From assembly GCF_018977255.1 (NCBI RefSeq), contig NW_024704743.1, positions 104,780,001 to 104,844,000 of the forward strand: a DNA stretch of 64,000 bases, read 5' to 3'. A program made the position numbers and the translations under genes. The stretch comes from Callorhinchus milii (Eukaryota). Shown one piece after another: positions 14,326 through 26,762 of the stretch. The notes beneath the pieces were generated by a model. The model was not told the DNA's origin, ran no database searches, and was given only the letters and a program-made list of their open reading frames with translations. How positions within the stretch are numbered: position 1 is the first letter of the stretch; every line of letters starts with the position of its first letter.

Positions 14326-16702
14326 TAGCAGCATGCAACTGTGTGGGGCCCGAGGCAGCAATGGGACCCCCTGTCATCGTGAAAATCCATTGAAATTATC
14401 TCCCCGCCAACCTAACCAGCTGGGGGGAGGAGTGGCACTCAACATGATGGATACCTTGCTGCAGCCAATCCATGGCCTCTTCTAGCCCACATCAGCTATC
14501 CTCCAGCCAATAGTTGAGTTGCCAGTATAGATATCCACCTATAATAATAATCCTTGCATTTGATATAACGCTTTTCACGTCTTCTCGACGTCTCAAAGTG
14601 CTTCACAGAATATACTGTAAAGTGAATTGACCGAATATTTGTGGGTGAAACGCAGCAGCCAATTGCGCACAACGTGTCCCACTAAGTTCATCTGGTCAGA
14701 GACCTGATGGCAACACTGTAGGGGCTCTGCAATCAAGCTTTGCACAGGACTCTCATGGGGCAAACATCACACTTGCTTCTACACTGTCAATTTTTATGAT
14801 TTTATACAGCAAAAAGCATTCACCTACAACAAGCACAGACACTAAACTTTGCATTAAAGCTGTGAAGCACACTGATGTGAAAGGCACTATTATCAAATTT
14901 AAGTAATAATCCTTGAATTTGAAATAGCGTCTTATCATGTCATTGAGACGTCTCAAAGTGTACAGGATACATCATGAAGTGTGTATTTTGTGACTGTGTA
15001 TTTTGTGAGCGGAAGTATTATTATTATCATCAAAAGCAGCTTCAGCTGAAACTGCCAGACCTATCGTCCACAGAGATTGGAGTTTAAAGAGACCTGCTGT
15101 AGTCAAAGGGTTAACTTTTTCCCCAGAACAGTAAAAAAGCCATTTTCAGACAGCTGTGTTCATCTGATAGAGCAGCATTATTCTAAAAGATGATTAGAAA
15201 CTGAATGCAAAATGAGCTGAATGTACCCTACACTGAAAAACAGGATTGTGATAGATATAATCCCATATGACAAATTGGAAAACTGGAGGGATTATAGCTG
15301 GGTTTTAAGGAATGTAATAGAATAAATCTCACAGGAGAACTCAAAAATCCTCTGAGTTGCTGTGAAACGTATCTGTGCAACATCTTATTTAAAGCCGGTA
15401 ACCAAATACAGGGAAAGTAGGAATGTGATACAGTCATGAGGCTGTCAAGTGATTAGACCTGACGGCACTGGCAGTGGCCTGTGGACTGCTAGCCTGTGGG
15501 CTCCACAATATGGGAGAGAGGGATACCAATTTAATATAGTGAAAATAATCAGGGTTGGGATCACAATTCCTACCATTGTGGTTGACTTGGTGAGTGTGGA
15601 GGTGGGTGGGGTGGAATCACACTGATGCCTAGTCTTCTTATTAACTGGCCTTGTTGACTTAGGAATGATGTGCACTTAGGAATGATGTGATTATTCTAAC
15701 ACATCACAAGTTAATTTTCATCCCCAGTGTTCAGTGATAGTAATTGGGGGTGGGGGAGGGGGAATTGAGGTAAACAAGTACACTTAAACCCCAGGTGGCC
15801 AGACCAAAGCATGGGGGAAAAGATGCAATCTGGCAAGCCGGAATTTCTGGCTAAGCCGTTAAGTGTAATTACAATGCCAGTACCAACATCCGATCTATTT
15901 CTGTAGCATTTTAGAACATTCAAAATTTGGCAAATCAGTCTTTAACTTTGCAGTCAGTGTTCTTTTAAAAGAACTTAAAGAAAACTGACTTAAAAACTAA
16001 GACTTTACTTAACAATTTGCCGTATCCTGGACACTGAAAAGCTAAGAAAATGGAGTAAACCTAGAGCCAGGCAGAATTTATACCCCATAGTGCATCACGG
16101 TCACAGAAAACTTAATCTCCGCAGGGAGAAAAACAAACCTTTATTAAGCTACTCACTGTCACTCAGTCTCTGATCATCACTCTCTCAGGGGTCATTGAGA
16201 TCCGAGACTAATCCCAGCTGACCTCAACCTCTACCTTAGTGCAGAGGAAGCTATGGTGCAATATTGATTGATATGGACATATGTCGTAAATATTTTGAAT
16301 GATACCCTATAACAGCCTCAACTACTATTTCCAGCAAAGGACAAACATCTTATTTATTGATAAATTCCAAATGATTTACTCCTTGCTTCCTCTCTCCAGG
16401 TCACATCCCACACGCTGAGAGGGCAGGCTGAAAATACTGACTGAGACATAAGCAAGTGCTGCCTCTTTGATATTTTCTTTCTCCTTGAGAAGAGCTGGAC
16501 AGCTCTTCATGATGTCCCCAGAGACAAAAGGACTATGCTGGAGCTCACTGCATGAAAAAATGAAGTCACATCCTGCCGCACTGCGGCACAATATCTTCAG
16601 TCACTATGTCATTCTGTTGGCTTTTGGAAACAAGGCAATAAATTGCCAGCAATTAACACAAATCCATCTGGCTCCAATTGTAAAAGAATAGATACCTTAC
16701 AT

Positions 16703-16944
16703 CAGGGTGATCCAACCTTTTGGCTGCTGAGGGCTGGTTACCCTATATGAGAAATGTCAGTGGGACGCAGAAGCAATATTTTTGTGTTTCCCTTTCAGAA
16801 ACATAGCATAACATTTACACACGCCTTTTTCATGTCAGAAAGATGTCTCAAAGCACTTGACACTGCGCTGGCGGTGGCCAGGGCCTGGCTGGATGATATT
16901 ATCCTCAGACTGGATGCCCACGGGCCGCGATTTTAACCACCCTG
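16703..16944. mobile_element. Non-autonomous hAT-type DNA transposon (MITE)
   Basis: Termini CAGGGTG...CACCCTG; 8-bp TSD ccttacat/ctttacat (1 mismatch); GC-rich subterminal cgggccgcg; SINE tail nested at about 16805-16862. Confidence 0.72.
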
Positions 16945-18564
16945 CTTTACATTATCTAGAAATCAGGAAATCTTCTTTGCTCAAAAGTAAGCAAGAATCA
17001 GGTGGTAAATGAATTAGGGAAAATCCTTTGTATCAGACTTTATAGGAGAAATGGCAAGAAAATTAAGAGAAACAGAAAAACAGTTTCTTTTCTCTCAACC
17101 CCTCCCCCTCTCCTTTCCCACACAGAGTGAACTTTCTCCCTCGCCTTTATTATGAAGTCATACTGGCTCTGTGCCACATCTGCTGCATTTCTAGCTGACT
17201 AACATGTTCCTGACTTTCGACACAAGAAAGAATTTTCTGCCCTGTATGCTTTTAATTGATTAGATGCGGTTGCTCCTTGAAATAATGGTGCTTTGAAAAC
17301 TGTCACTAAAACTGCATGCTTTGCACTGCAGCCTTTAACACTGGTCATGATTCCAGTGTAATCTCTTAATTCACTCAAGGCAGGCGATCCACCATTGGGT
17401 CCAATTTGTGAGTTATAAAATGACACTTCACTGTTAATTTCTTCAGATAGCGGGATTATAATAATAATCCTTGCATTTGATCTAAGGCCTCATCACGTCA
17501 TTGAGACTTTTCAAAACGCTTCACGGGATATACTGTAAAGTGGATTGACTGTATATTTTGTGGTCAAAATGATGTATTGGAGGCTGGAATTAATATGAAG
17601 TGGCTTGAACTCACAACCTTCTGGCCAGAGGTAAAAGTACTGAGAGAACTGAGCCAGGCTGAGATCCTACATAATCCACTAAATAACCTCTAGATTATTG
17701 AGAGCACTGCTCTCTGTTTACACACATACAACTGAGATGATCCCCAACCTGCCCAATTTCATAAACTGCTCCATTGTGTGATGAGAAAAATTCAGATTTG
17801 ATGAAGTTCTGATTAAAATTTTATCTTGTTGACTAATTATTGTTCAGACAGATGGACACAGGAACAACATCATAAAATAAATGATTTCCAAGCAGCTGGC
17901 TGCCTGGGTACCATCGTGACAAAACTCTCCGTGCCAAGCAGCACAGACTAGGAATGAATCTGCCGTGCATTTTGCCTGCAGAGGTTTGCATTTTCCCTTT
18001 CCAAGTAGATTATTTGCTATTCAAGGCGTCAAGCAAGCAGAAAAATCTCCTCATTCTAATTTAGCAGATACAAATTGATAATTTTCCTCCTGTCTTGTTA
18101 TTAGTGGCAGGTACAAGATCCCATTAAAATGCCTTTTATAGTGCATCATTTCAGGAAAAGAAAGACAAGAATCAGCAATCTTAATTACAGAAGAGGCTTC
18201 CCCCTCCCCCCACTCTCCAGATTATCCAGGGTAATTATTAGTTTTTATCTGTTCATTTGTTTTACTTGACAGGCAGAATATTAAGAATACTATCCAGCTT
18301 TATTATAACTCATTAGTGTCATGACTGTGATTATGCTCCACAAGAAAGGTTTTCCCTCTGGAGTTTTGCACATCAATAGCTAAAATGTCCGTGAACCACC
18401 AGGGAGGTTATTAAAATGCCAGACGGGTTTGGTACATTATACATATTTTTAAATGCAAAGTGCTTTCTGTATTTTCACTTGATAGTTTCAGGTACAAAAC
18501 GTCTCCAGTGATGGACTCTCTCCTGGAAGAACATTATAAAACCAATAGCCAGACTTAATAATGA

Positions 18565-18960
18565 GAATAACAATCTTAGATTTGATATAGCACCTTTCAT
18601 GTCCAGAGGACATCTCAGAACATTCCACAAGATTTACTGTAAAGTGGAGTGAGTGTGTATTTATAGACGAATGTAATAATGCAATAGCCAATTTGTACAC
18701 AGCAATATCCCACAAACAAACATGAAGTGAGTGACCAATTTTATTTGGGGGTGGGGTGGGAGTATTGGCCCAACACCAGGAGAAATTCCCTCATCTTTTC
18801 GAATCGTGCCATAAGATCTTTAACGTGCACATGTATAGACAGATGGGACCTCAGTTTATCGTGTCATCTGAAGTATAATGCAGCACACCCCCAGCACCGC
18901 ATTTGAATGTCAACCTAGACTCAGATCAAAGAATGCCACCAACTGAGCCTAGTTGACACA
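18565..18960 (-). mobile_element. Deu-domain SINE
   Basis: atatagcacctttcatgtc...cccacaaac...cgtgccataagatctttaacgtgcac...gacagatgggacctcagttt...accaactgagcc. Confidence 0.8.
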
Positions 18961-19001
18961 TAAACAAGGAGGGATGGGAGGGTCACTGACTCCCAATTGT
19001 T

Positions 19002-19285
19002 CATAGAATCGTAGAATTATACAGCACAGAAGGAGGCGATTCGGCCCATTGTGTCTGTGCCGGGTCTTTTAAAAGAGCTACTCAAATCAATCCCACTCCC
19101 CCGCTCTCTCCCCATAGTCCTGCAAACTTGTCTTCCCCAAATAATTATCTACTTCTCTCTTAAAAGTAGTTATCGAATTGGTTTCCACCACTCTTTCAGG
19201 CAATGTATTCCAGATCCGAGCAACTCGCTGGAGGAAAAAGTTTTCCTCACCTCCCCCCTGTTTCTTTTAACAACTATTCTAATGG
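19002..19285 (-). mobile_element. CR1-clade LINE 3' end
   Basis: catagaatcgtagaattatacagcacagaaggaggcgattcggccc...ttccaccactctttcaggcaatgtattccagatc. Confidence 0.85.
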
Positions 19286-19844
19286 TAGTGGAATCTCACT
19301 TGTTTTTCTGCAGTGTATTGCTGTGCACATATTAATTTCCATTTTCAGAGAGGAGGAATTGGGCAATACCATTTCTAATGCATTTTTAATTCTAAAGCCA
19401 AGTTTTGGGGCCAACTAGGGTAGATGGAATAAAAGCTTTTTCAATCTAATGCCTGTTAAGGAGTTCATTTCAAATAGGTTTCGACAATCTCAATCCATTT
19501 CCCAATGGAAGCCATATTCACAGAATAAATCTAGCCTTCACAATTGGCATGTCACTGGCAATACCAATCTATTAGCAATTGCAGCATACAGCACCTTCAA
19601 GTGCATGGAATAATTGTTGAGTTATCAAGCATCTAACCTTATCTTGAACTTTGCTGAAGGTAGTCTTCACAACCAATTAAGAATTAGCATCAAAATAAAG
19701 GATCTGTTTATCATTATTCAAATCTAACAGTCAATAAATAAAAACAATGTTTTTTTTCCCGTTTCTGGTGTTTGAAGCTAAGCAGTTTGACTTCTTATAA
19801 TGATATAATAATTCTAGCATTTGTTATAACCCCCCTTTAGTGTG

Positions 19845-20180
19845 TCTAGGCTGACACCAGTGCCGTGCTGGAGGTATGTTGCATTGTCGAAGGTGCTGTC
19901 CTTCGCATGAGACGATAAATTGAGATCCTGTCTGCCTGTTCAGGTGAATGTTAAAGATCCTACTATTCTAAAAGGGAAGGGAGTTTCTCATGGTGTCTTG
20001 GTAACAATCCCCAAAATAGAATCAACCATTTACTTCATGGCTATTTGTGAAACATTGCAGTACACAAATGGGCGGTCACATTTGTCTCCAAATACACACT
20101 TTACAATATATCATGTGATGCACTTTGGGACATCTTCCGAAATGAACAGAGCTATATCAAATGCAAAGATTATTATTATT
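19845..20180 (+). mobile_element. Deu-domain SINE, head truncated
   Basis: tctaggctgacaccagtgc...gcattgtcgaaggtgctgtccttcgcatgagacgataaa...tctgcctgttcaggtgaatgttaaagatcc...gctatatcaaatgcaaagattatt. Confidence 0.8.
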
Positions 20181-20834
20181 TACATTGAGAGAGTCTCAAA
20201 TAGCTTAAATGGATTTACGGCAACATGTAGTGACTGTGTATTTTGTAGGTGAACACAGCAACCAATTTCTGCACAGCAGAGTCCCATGAACAACTGTGAA
20301 GAGAGTGAGTTATTTTATTTGAGATTCTGTGGGGCAGGACACCAAAATACACTTGACATTGTGCATTATATTTTTCCGATGACAGCAGATCTCAATCCAT
20401 ACAAACTGCAGCAATCGGTCCAAGTAAAAATGTTGGAAAGGGTGACAGCAATTTTGAGTCCAAAAGACTCAGAGAATTGTATGTGCACAAATTCACCAAG
20501 AAAAAAGTAACATCATTGCATAGATCCATGCTAAACATGCAAAGGGATGCATATTGAAGGCTAATTCACAAAGTTTAGACTTCAGAAGTAATTATTTCTT
20601 CAAAAATACAAGGCAGCATTCTGACACAGACAGACAAATATCCCTCTGTGCTTAGTCAGTGCCATTTCCAATGTCCTTCCACTGCAGTGCGCACGCTTAA
20701 AGGAACAACAAGCTCCTTTTGTACAGATACAATGTCATGTCAAACAACCCATTTCCTCCTGCTCTACCGCCAGCTGGCATCAGCCGCTGGTGCCAAAGCA
20801 CAAATGGAGACTTCAGCATTGATGTTTTCTTTGT

Positions 20835-21080
20835 GATAACAAGATCGCAAGATTAGTTTGGAATGAGGAAGGCCTTTTCACTCATCCGATCTGATTCTTC
20901 CACAACACCCACCCCCGCTGTCCTCCTGTCACAGCATTATGTTAGTTTTAATGAGTCCACTGCCTTGGCCTTAACCATCCTTCCTGGCACATTTGATCCT
21001 CAGTGGTCTCGACGAACAAAGAGAGCGTATGCATCCTTATTCCAATCATACCTTGTGTGTAGTGCATGATGCTTCCTCTC
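20835..21080 (-). mobile_element. Old CR1-type LINE 3' end
   Basis: Minus frame ...NVPGRMVKAKAVDSLK resembles the CR1 ORF2 terminus, followed by aaaggccttcctcattccaaactaatcttgcgatcttg. Confidence 0.5.
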
Positions 21081-22396
21081 CAGTTGTTACAATGATCGAG
21101 GAATGGCTGACAGGAGGAGATATATATCTCCAAATATTCTTTTTGATTGTATTTTTAATGGATATGATAATTACCACCAATGAAAACATCACATGCAGCA
21201 TTTCCGTCCTCCCCCACCCAACCGGATTCCCTATGAAATCATTGCAGCGGATGAAGAGCTATAACCGAACTACAAAATTGGTCACATAAATTTGGATAAA
21301 AGAATTTGCTATATGTTGTGTATCCAAGTGGAAATTCTTTGGAAAGTGTTATAACACCTCTAGAGAGCACTAGTGGTGACAGTGATGTCATTCTCCCCAG
21401 AACTCTATGTGGAGAAGAGATGACATAATCTAATGGCAACGGAAATCTTGCATTTCAATGCATTACATATATTTGGCAGTTTTTCTGTTTGCCAGAAAGG
21501 GGTGGGGTTTGACCTCTATCATAATAATCATTACATTTGATGTTCTGCTTTTCACCTTTGGAAGATGTTTCAAAGTGCTTCACAGTCTATACCATTAAGT
21601 GGAGTGAGTGTGCACTTAGTAGGTGAATGTGGTAGCCAATTTATACACACCAAGTTCCCACAGTCATGAAGTTTTTATTGCCATGTCTGGCAAAATGTAT
21701 GCCATCAGCTTATTTGCTTGTAAGTGACAAGTTGATTCTTTTTCAATCCAGATCACTCCTCTATTCACGGCAACACAAGATAGTAACAGATGTGGAACAG
21801 AGTCCTTGAAGGATTTAGTGTGCGAGATAGTCAATTCCATCTTATAGTTTGCAATCTATTTGAGCTTGGTACGTAGTCAATGTTCTCTATTTGGGGGAAA
21901 TTTGCAGGCTAGAATGACCATTTGTTTTGCCAATGAGCTTTAGATGTTGTAGCTTTATGCATTGCTCTCTACAAAGCACAGCATTCATGGCTGAAGAAAC
22001 TGTTGGTAGACTCGAGAAATAAATGCGAGCAGCTGCAAACCAACCAACAAATACTTTCTGCAGTTATGCCATGATGTGTTTCTTTCAGAATTCCAGCAAT
22101 ATCTGCTGGTGTTTGTTTTTAATTGAATGAAACACAATCACTGTATTTCATGCAGGGTTAGTTTTATAGAGAAACAAGCAAATCAGCTCAAAGGAATGTT
22201 GGCACTGATGTCAATGTTTTACTTTCCAATTTCAAAAACTGGTTTGTGGTTTAAAGGGATACCGGCAAACAGCATGGTCAATCCAGAAAGACAGAAAATT
22301 GCTGTGAAAGTAATTTGAAACGGAATATAGTCACTGACTGGTAACTCATCGAAAAAGTGACACCATAATTGTCCACTTTGCCAATTTATAGCATTA

Positions 22397-22913
22397 ATCT
22401 GGCTCAGTTGGTAGCACTCTTGCCTCCGAGTCAGAGGTTTGTGGTTCAAGGCCCACATTAGGACTTGTCTCACATAATCTAGGCTGATACTCCAATGCAG
22501 TACTAGATTGGGTTTCATTTGTGTGCAATTGGCTGCCGCATTTCACACACAAAATATACAGTCAATTCACTTTATAGTATATTCTGTGAAGCACATTGAG
22601 ATGTCTTAATGACGTGATAAGGCGCTATATCAAATACAAGGATTGTTATTAATTATTATTATATTGTTTGGATGAGAAGTTAAACTGAGACCCCGTCTGC
22701 CTGGACGTTAAAGATCCCATGGCACTATTTGAAAAGAGGAAGAAGTTTCCTCATGTTTTCTGGGCAACAATTCCCCAAATAAAATTGGTCATTCACTTCA
22801 TGGCTGTTTGTGGGACACTGCTTTGGGCAAAATGACTGTCTTATTCTTCTACAAATTGACACCACAAACTTGACAATAAAATCCTGTGATGTGGTTTGAT
22901 GACATGATGACGT
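22397..22913 (+). mobile_element. Deu-domain SINE interrupted by a younger SINE tail (22519-22662)
   Basis: Head ctggctcagttggtagcactcttgcctccgagtcaga; the core resumes at about 22666 (ggatgagaagttaaactgagaccccgtctgcctggacgttaaagatcccatggcactatttg). Confidence 0.85.
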
Positions 22914-23283
22914 GGGGTTCTGTAGCGCAGTAGTTAGAGCACTCGCCTCACAAGCGAGAGGACCTGGGTTCGATTCCCGGCACGACGAAACATTGGGCAA
23001 GTTTCCTTAATCCACCTGCTTCTGTTTACTAGCAGTAAGTAGGAACCCAGTTATTAGTTGATTGACGTATTGCCTTTCCCAGGGTAATAATCCCTAAACA
23101 AAATGAAAAAATAAAAAATTATCTGGTTACTCAATACACGACTGTTTGTGGGTCACTGCTGTGAGCAATTGGCTGCCGCGATTCACCCATAAAATATCAG
23201 TCAATTCACTTTACAGTACATTCTGTGAAGCACTTTGAGACGTGATAAGACGCTATATCAAATGCAAGGATTATTATTATTAT
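22914..23283 (+). mobile_element. Full-length young tRNA-derived SINE (tRNA head, central domain, Deu-like 3' part, (ATT)n tail)
   Basis: A box tagcgcagtagttag, B box ggttcgattcc, body gggcaagtttcctt...tgtttactagcagtaagtaggaaccc, then tgtttgtgggtcactgctgtgagcaattggctgccgcg, tail cgctatatcaaatgcaaggattattattat. Confidence 0.9.
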
Positions 23284-24160
23284 AATCCGGCAGCCAATTT
23301 CTCACAGCACTGTCCCACAAACAGTTGTGGATTGAGTGACCAAATTACTTATTATTATTATGAAAGGCGCTACATAAAGTATAAAAGTATTAAACACTAT
23401 TAATTAACATATTGTTAAAAAAGCACCAAATGGTGTTCTGGAGGCATTGTCCCCTGACACTATTCATATTTGTGCACTTAGAAGCCAGCTTCAGTATTGT
23501 GGGGCTTTTTTTGTCTAATTAATCTGGTATTCCATAAATTGGCAGCCCTATCTTGTTAATAAATATCACTATTTAGACTGCTAAATCTACTCTAAAGTAC
23601 AGTCCGAGCACACAAAGTGGCAACACAAAGTTCACATTATACAGTCTAAACTGTAGGTCATGAACTATCACTTCATGATTCTTTGTGATAAATTTACAGG
23701 TTTTGTTGATAACTGTTTTACTACTTATGAACTTTTATTTATAGCGTATGAACCATACAAAAGATGCAGCAATTAATTATTAATGTAATAACTCACACTG
23801 CACGCATTCTACATCCTTCTGTGTCACTGTTTCTGGCAGCTGCAAAGCCAACCTAAACTCTGCCTGAACAAATGTATTATTATCCAGTTAATCCATGTGT
23901 AACATTGTGTCACAGATAAACTCCCTACAGAACTACCACATGGCGTGTTGGTAAGTAAATTACCTGCCCTGCATTTTGTAAACTGTTTTTGTTCCAGTTG
24001 CAGGTTTACACTCCATCCAAGTTTGTCAAGCGTAGAATTGCATTCATCATCGTTAAATCATCAACTAGGCTGCAACGTGAGTTTACTCAGTGAGGAGGAG
24101 CTGAAGCGGGAAACTCCTAAGTGCAATCTCCGGTTTGAACTGCAAACTGGTTTGTTCATC

Positions 24161-24597
24161 AGCCTGGTTCAGTTGATAGCGCTCTCGCCTCTGAGTCAGA
24201 TGAGGTTTAAGCCTCATCTTGGGACTTTGAATTCATATGGTCTATGCGGTGCTGGGTGTGTGCTGCATTGTTGAAGGTGCCATTCTTAGGGTAAGATATT
24301 AAACCAAGGTCCCTTCTGCCTTTAGATGGACATTAAAGAAACCATGGCACTGTTAAAAAAGAGAAGGTAATTTTTCCCAGTGCCCTGGCCAATAATTCCA
24401 CAAATAAAATTGGTCAATCACTCCATGGTTGTTTGTGGGACATTGCTATGGGCAAAATGGCTGTCTTGTTTTTCTACAAGTTGGCTGCCGCATTTTCCCA
24501 CAAAATAACAGTCACACTACTTTAGAGTATATTCTATGGATTACTTTGAGATATCTCAACAACAGGATAAGGTGCTAAATCAATTGCAAGGATTATT
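24161..24597 (+). mobile_element. Full-length Deu-domain SINE (SacSINE1/AmnSINE1-like core)
   Basis: gctctcgcctctgagtcaga...gctgcattgttgaaggtgcc...ttaaaccaaggtccc...gtggacattaaagaaaccatggcact-like core...gtttgtgggacattgct...caaggattatt. Confidence 0.85.
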
Positions 24598-24859
24598 TTT
24601 CTCTGATACAGCTGCTGTCAACGTGGGCAGAAATACAGGTACTATAACATTAAAGTCGGGAGCTTTAAGACACTTAAGATTGCGCAGAATTTGGGAAAAT
24701 TCTCAAATTCAATTTTAAAATTATATTTATTTCAGGAGAGTAAAATCTATGGTAACTTATTATATTTAATAAAGTTAAAAAGGAATAATTAGATATCTAA
24801 AAGGAATAATTTGCAGGGGCTTGAAGAGCTGGGGCAAGAGGAACTATGAGCAGAGATTG

Positions 24860-25262
24860 GAGGAAATAGACCTATTTTTAATGAAACAGAGAAAGTCAAG
24901 ATAGGAGGTTTTTTAAATTATGAGAGGTATTGATAAGAGTCGTTAGGGAGAAATTATTTCCACTGGCTAGTGAGTCAGTGACTACAGAGCATCAATTTTA
25001 AAATAGTTTAACAAAGGAGCAAAGGGGGAGATAGCACAAAATATTTCTACAGAGTTATATTCGGATTTGTTGGGTGAGGAGGTCAATGCAGGATCTATAT
25101 TTGTTTTCATTAGGGAACTCAATAGATATCTAAAACAAAGGAGTAATTTGGGTACGGGGGAAAAGGCAGGTAAATGGGCGTGGATGGATTGCTCCTTCAA
25201 AACCCCATAACACAGACAGGATGAGCAGGATGTCCTTCCTCTGTGCTGTAAATTTCTTGTAG
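24860..25262 (+). mobile_element. CR1-clade LINE 3' fragment
   Basis: gaggttttttaaattatgagaggtattgataag...tttccactgg...gggtacgggggaaaaggcagg...cttcctctgtgctgtaaattt. Confidence 0.7.
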
Positions 25263-25589
25263 ATAAGCTGAATGACATTTTAAAAGAGGATGGTGAGATG
25301 TTAGGAACAGAAATGCTTTTGTTGTGGTGGTTTGATCATCTGCTTATCCATCTTCTGATAAATCTATTGTATCAGAACAACAGAGTGAACATGAATCATT
25401 CTTGACTTCAAAGACCAAAACTGAATTTTGCAGACATGCTCTCTGGAAAGTGATCACCCTTCACTTTTTAGCTGGGCCTTATCTGATATGTTTGTATCAG
25501 TGAGCGGTTGATTTGTTAGCACTGCAGAACCCTGTGTTATTCTGGATCAAAAAAATAACATGATACCCATCTAGTTCAAGCAAACTATA

Positions 25590-25972
25590 GGCCTGAAATT
25601 CCACCTCATTTTGGCCAGCCAGACTATTTTGTCTCAAAAGTTAAGATCACAGAGTTGTAGAAAATTCTTAAATTCAGTCTTGATTTGGAAGCAGGTGCTT
25701 TTTTAAGAACTTGTTTAAGTATACTGCAGAAAAAGGTCTTCTAAATTAAGAATCCTTAATAATAATTTGGTCACCCAATCCACCACTGTTTGTGGGACAC
25801 ACTGTGCACATTTCACCCACAAAGTATACAGTCACTACACTTTACGGAATATTCTGTGAAGTGCTTTGAGGCGTCTCGAAGAAGTGATCAGTCACTATAT
25901 CAAATGCAAGGATTATTATTAATGGATTTAAGATTTTTCTTAAGCGGTTAAGACCAGGTGGAATTTCAGGTT
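25590..25972. mobile_element. MITE with 15-bp perfect terminal inverted repeats, carrying a nested SINE tail
   Basis: CCTGAAATTCCACCT at 25592-25606 and AGGTGGAATTTCAGG at 25956-25970; the internal motif gaaaattcttaaattcagtcttg recurs elsewhere in the window. Confidence 0.62.
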
Positions 25973-26569
25973 CTGCATCCTTTTGACACAGTGTTTATTC
26001 TGAATACGAATCTCACTGCTGTAATGTTATGCCAAGCAGCACATTGCATGCAAAGACTAGCTCCAATATATTCTCTAACAGCCAATCTGGTTTCCGTGGG
26101 CGATCCTATGTCTGGGAACCTGTCCAGTTCTGATTAATGCCGCCTATTCCCTTCACTGCTTTTGGGCATTACGCTGATCCAGATAACCCTCTGTGACATG
26201 TTCCATCCAAATTTCCACAGGACTGATGAGCTCAGCCCACATATTTGTGCAAAATTTCTCTAGGTTTCAATTTTCCTGTGAGAGTTTTTGGCTATAGAAA
26301 AATAAACAAAATAAAGGCATATTAATGCAGGGGGGTTACTGGTTATTAAACATTTTTAAGGATATTCATGACTTGAAATATAAAATGCTTCTTACAAAAC
26401 TATTCTACCCTCAGACCGCTGGTCATTTTTAAAAAAGTTTTCAATTCATATGCAACAGTGGTGAAATAAACACTAAGATTACAGTAATACATCAAACAAG
26501 AGGTGCATTAATACTATACAAAATACTATGAATAAAGCTTTTAATGTAGAATATTCTCCCACTTTCTCG

Positions 26570-26762
26570 CAAGCTCTGTCTCACTCTCACTTTCAATCTT
26601 TCGTTCTTCTCTCTAAAGCTCTCTTTTTCTCACACTCTTTCTCACTTTCTCTTTCTCATTCTCTCTCAAGCTTTCTCTCTCACTCACTCTTACTTTTTCT
26701 TTTTCTCTCTCTATCATTCTCAAGTTCTCTCTCTCTCATTCCCTCACTCAAGCTCTCTTTCA
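26570..26762. repeat. CT-rich low-complexity tract / degenerate (CT)n
   Basis: Runs of ctctct and tttctc; explains the Ser/Leu/Phe-rich ORF 26528-26854. Confidence 0.85.

Noticed and set aside
15657-15690. Short local duplications (acttaggaatgatgtg x2; also about 27222/27291, 29294-29323, 36372-36409)
   Set aside because: Ordinary slippage-type duplications with no array or spacer structure; not CRISPR-like.
22914-22985. tRNA-Val/Ala-like sequence (also about 12935-13006, 43740-43810, 45706-45780)
   Set aside because: Each continues into a SINE body and tail, and the acceptor stems do not pair. These are SINE heads, not tRNA genes.
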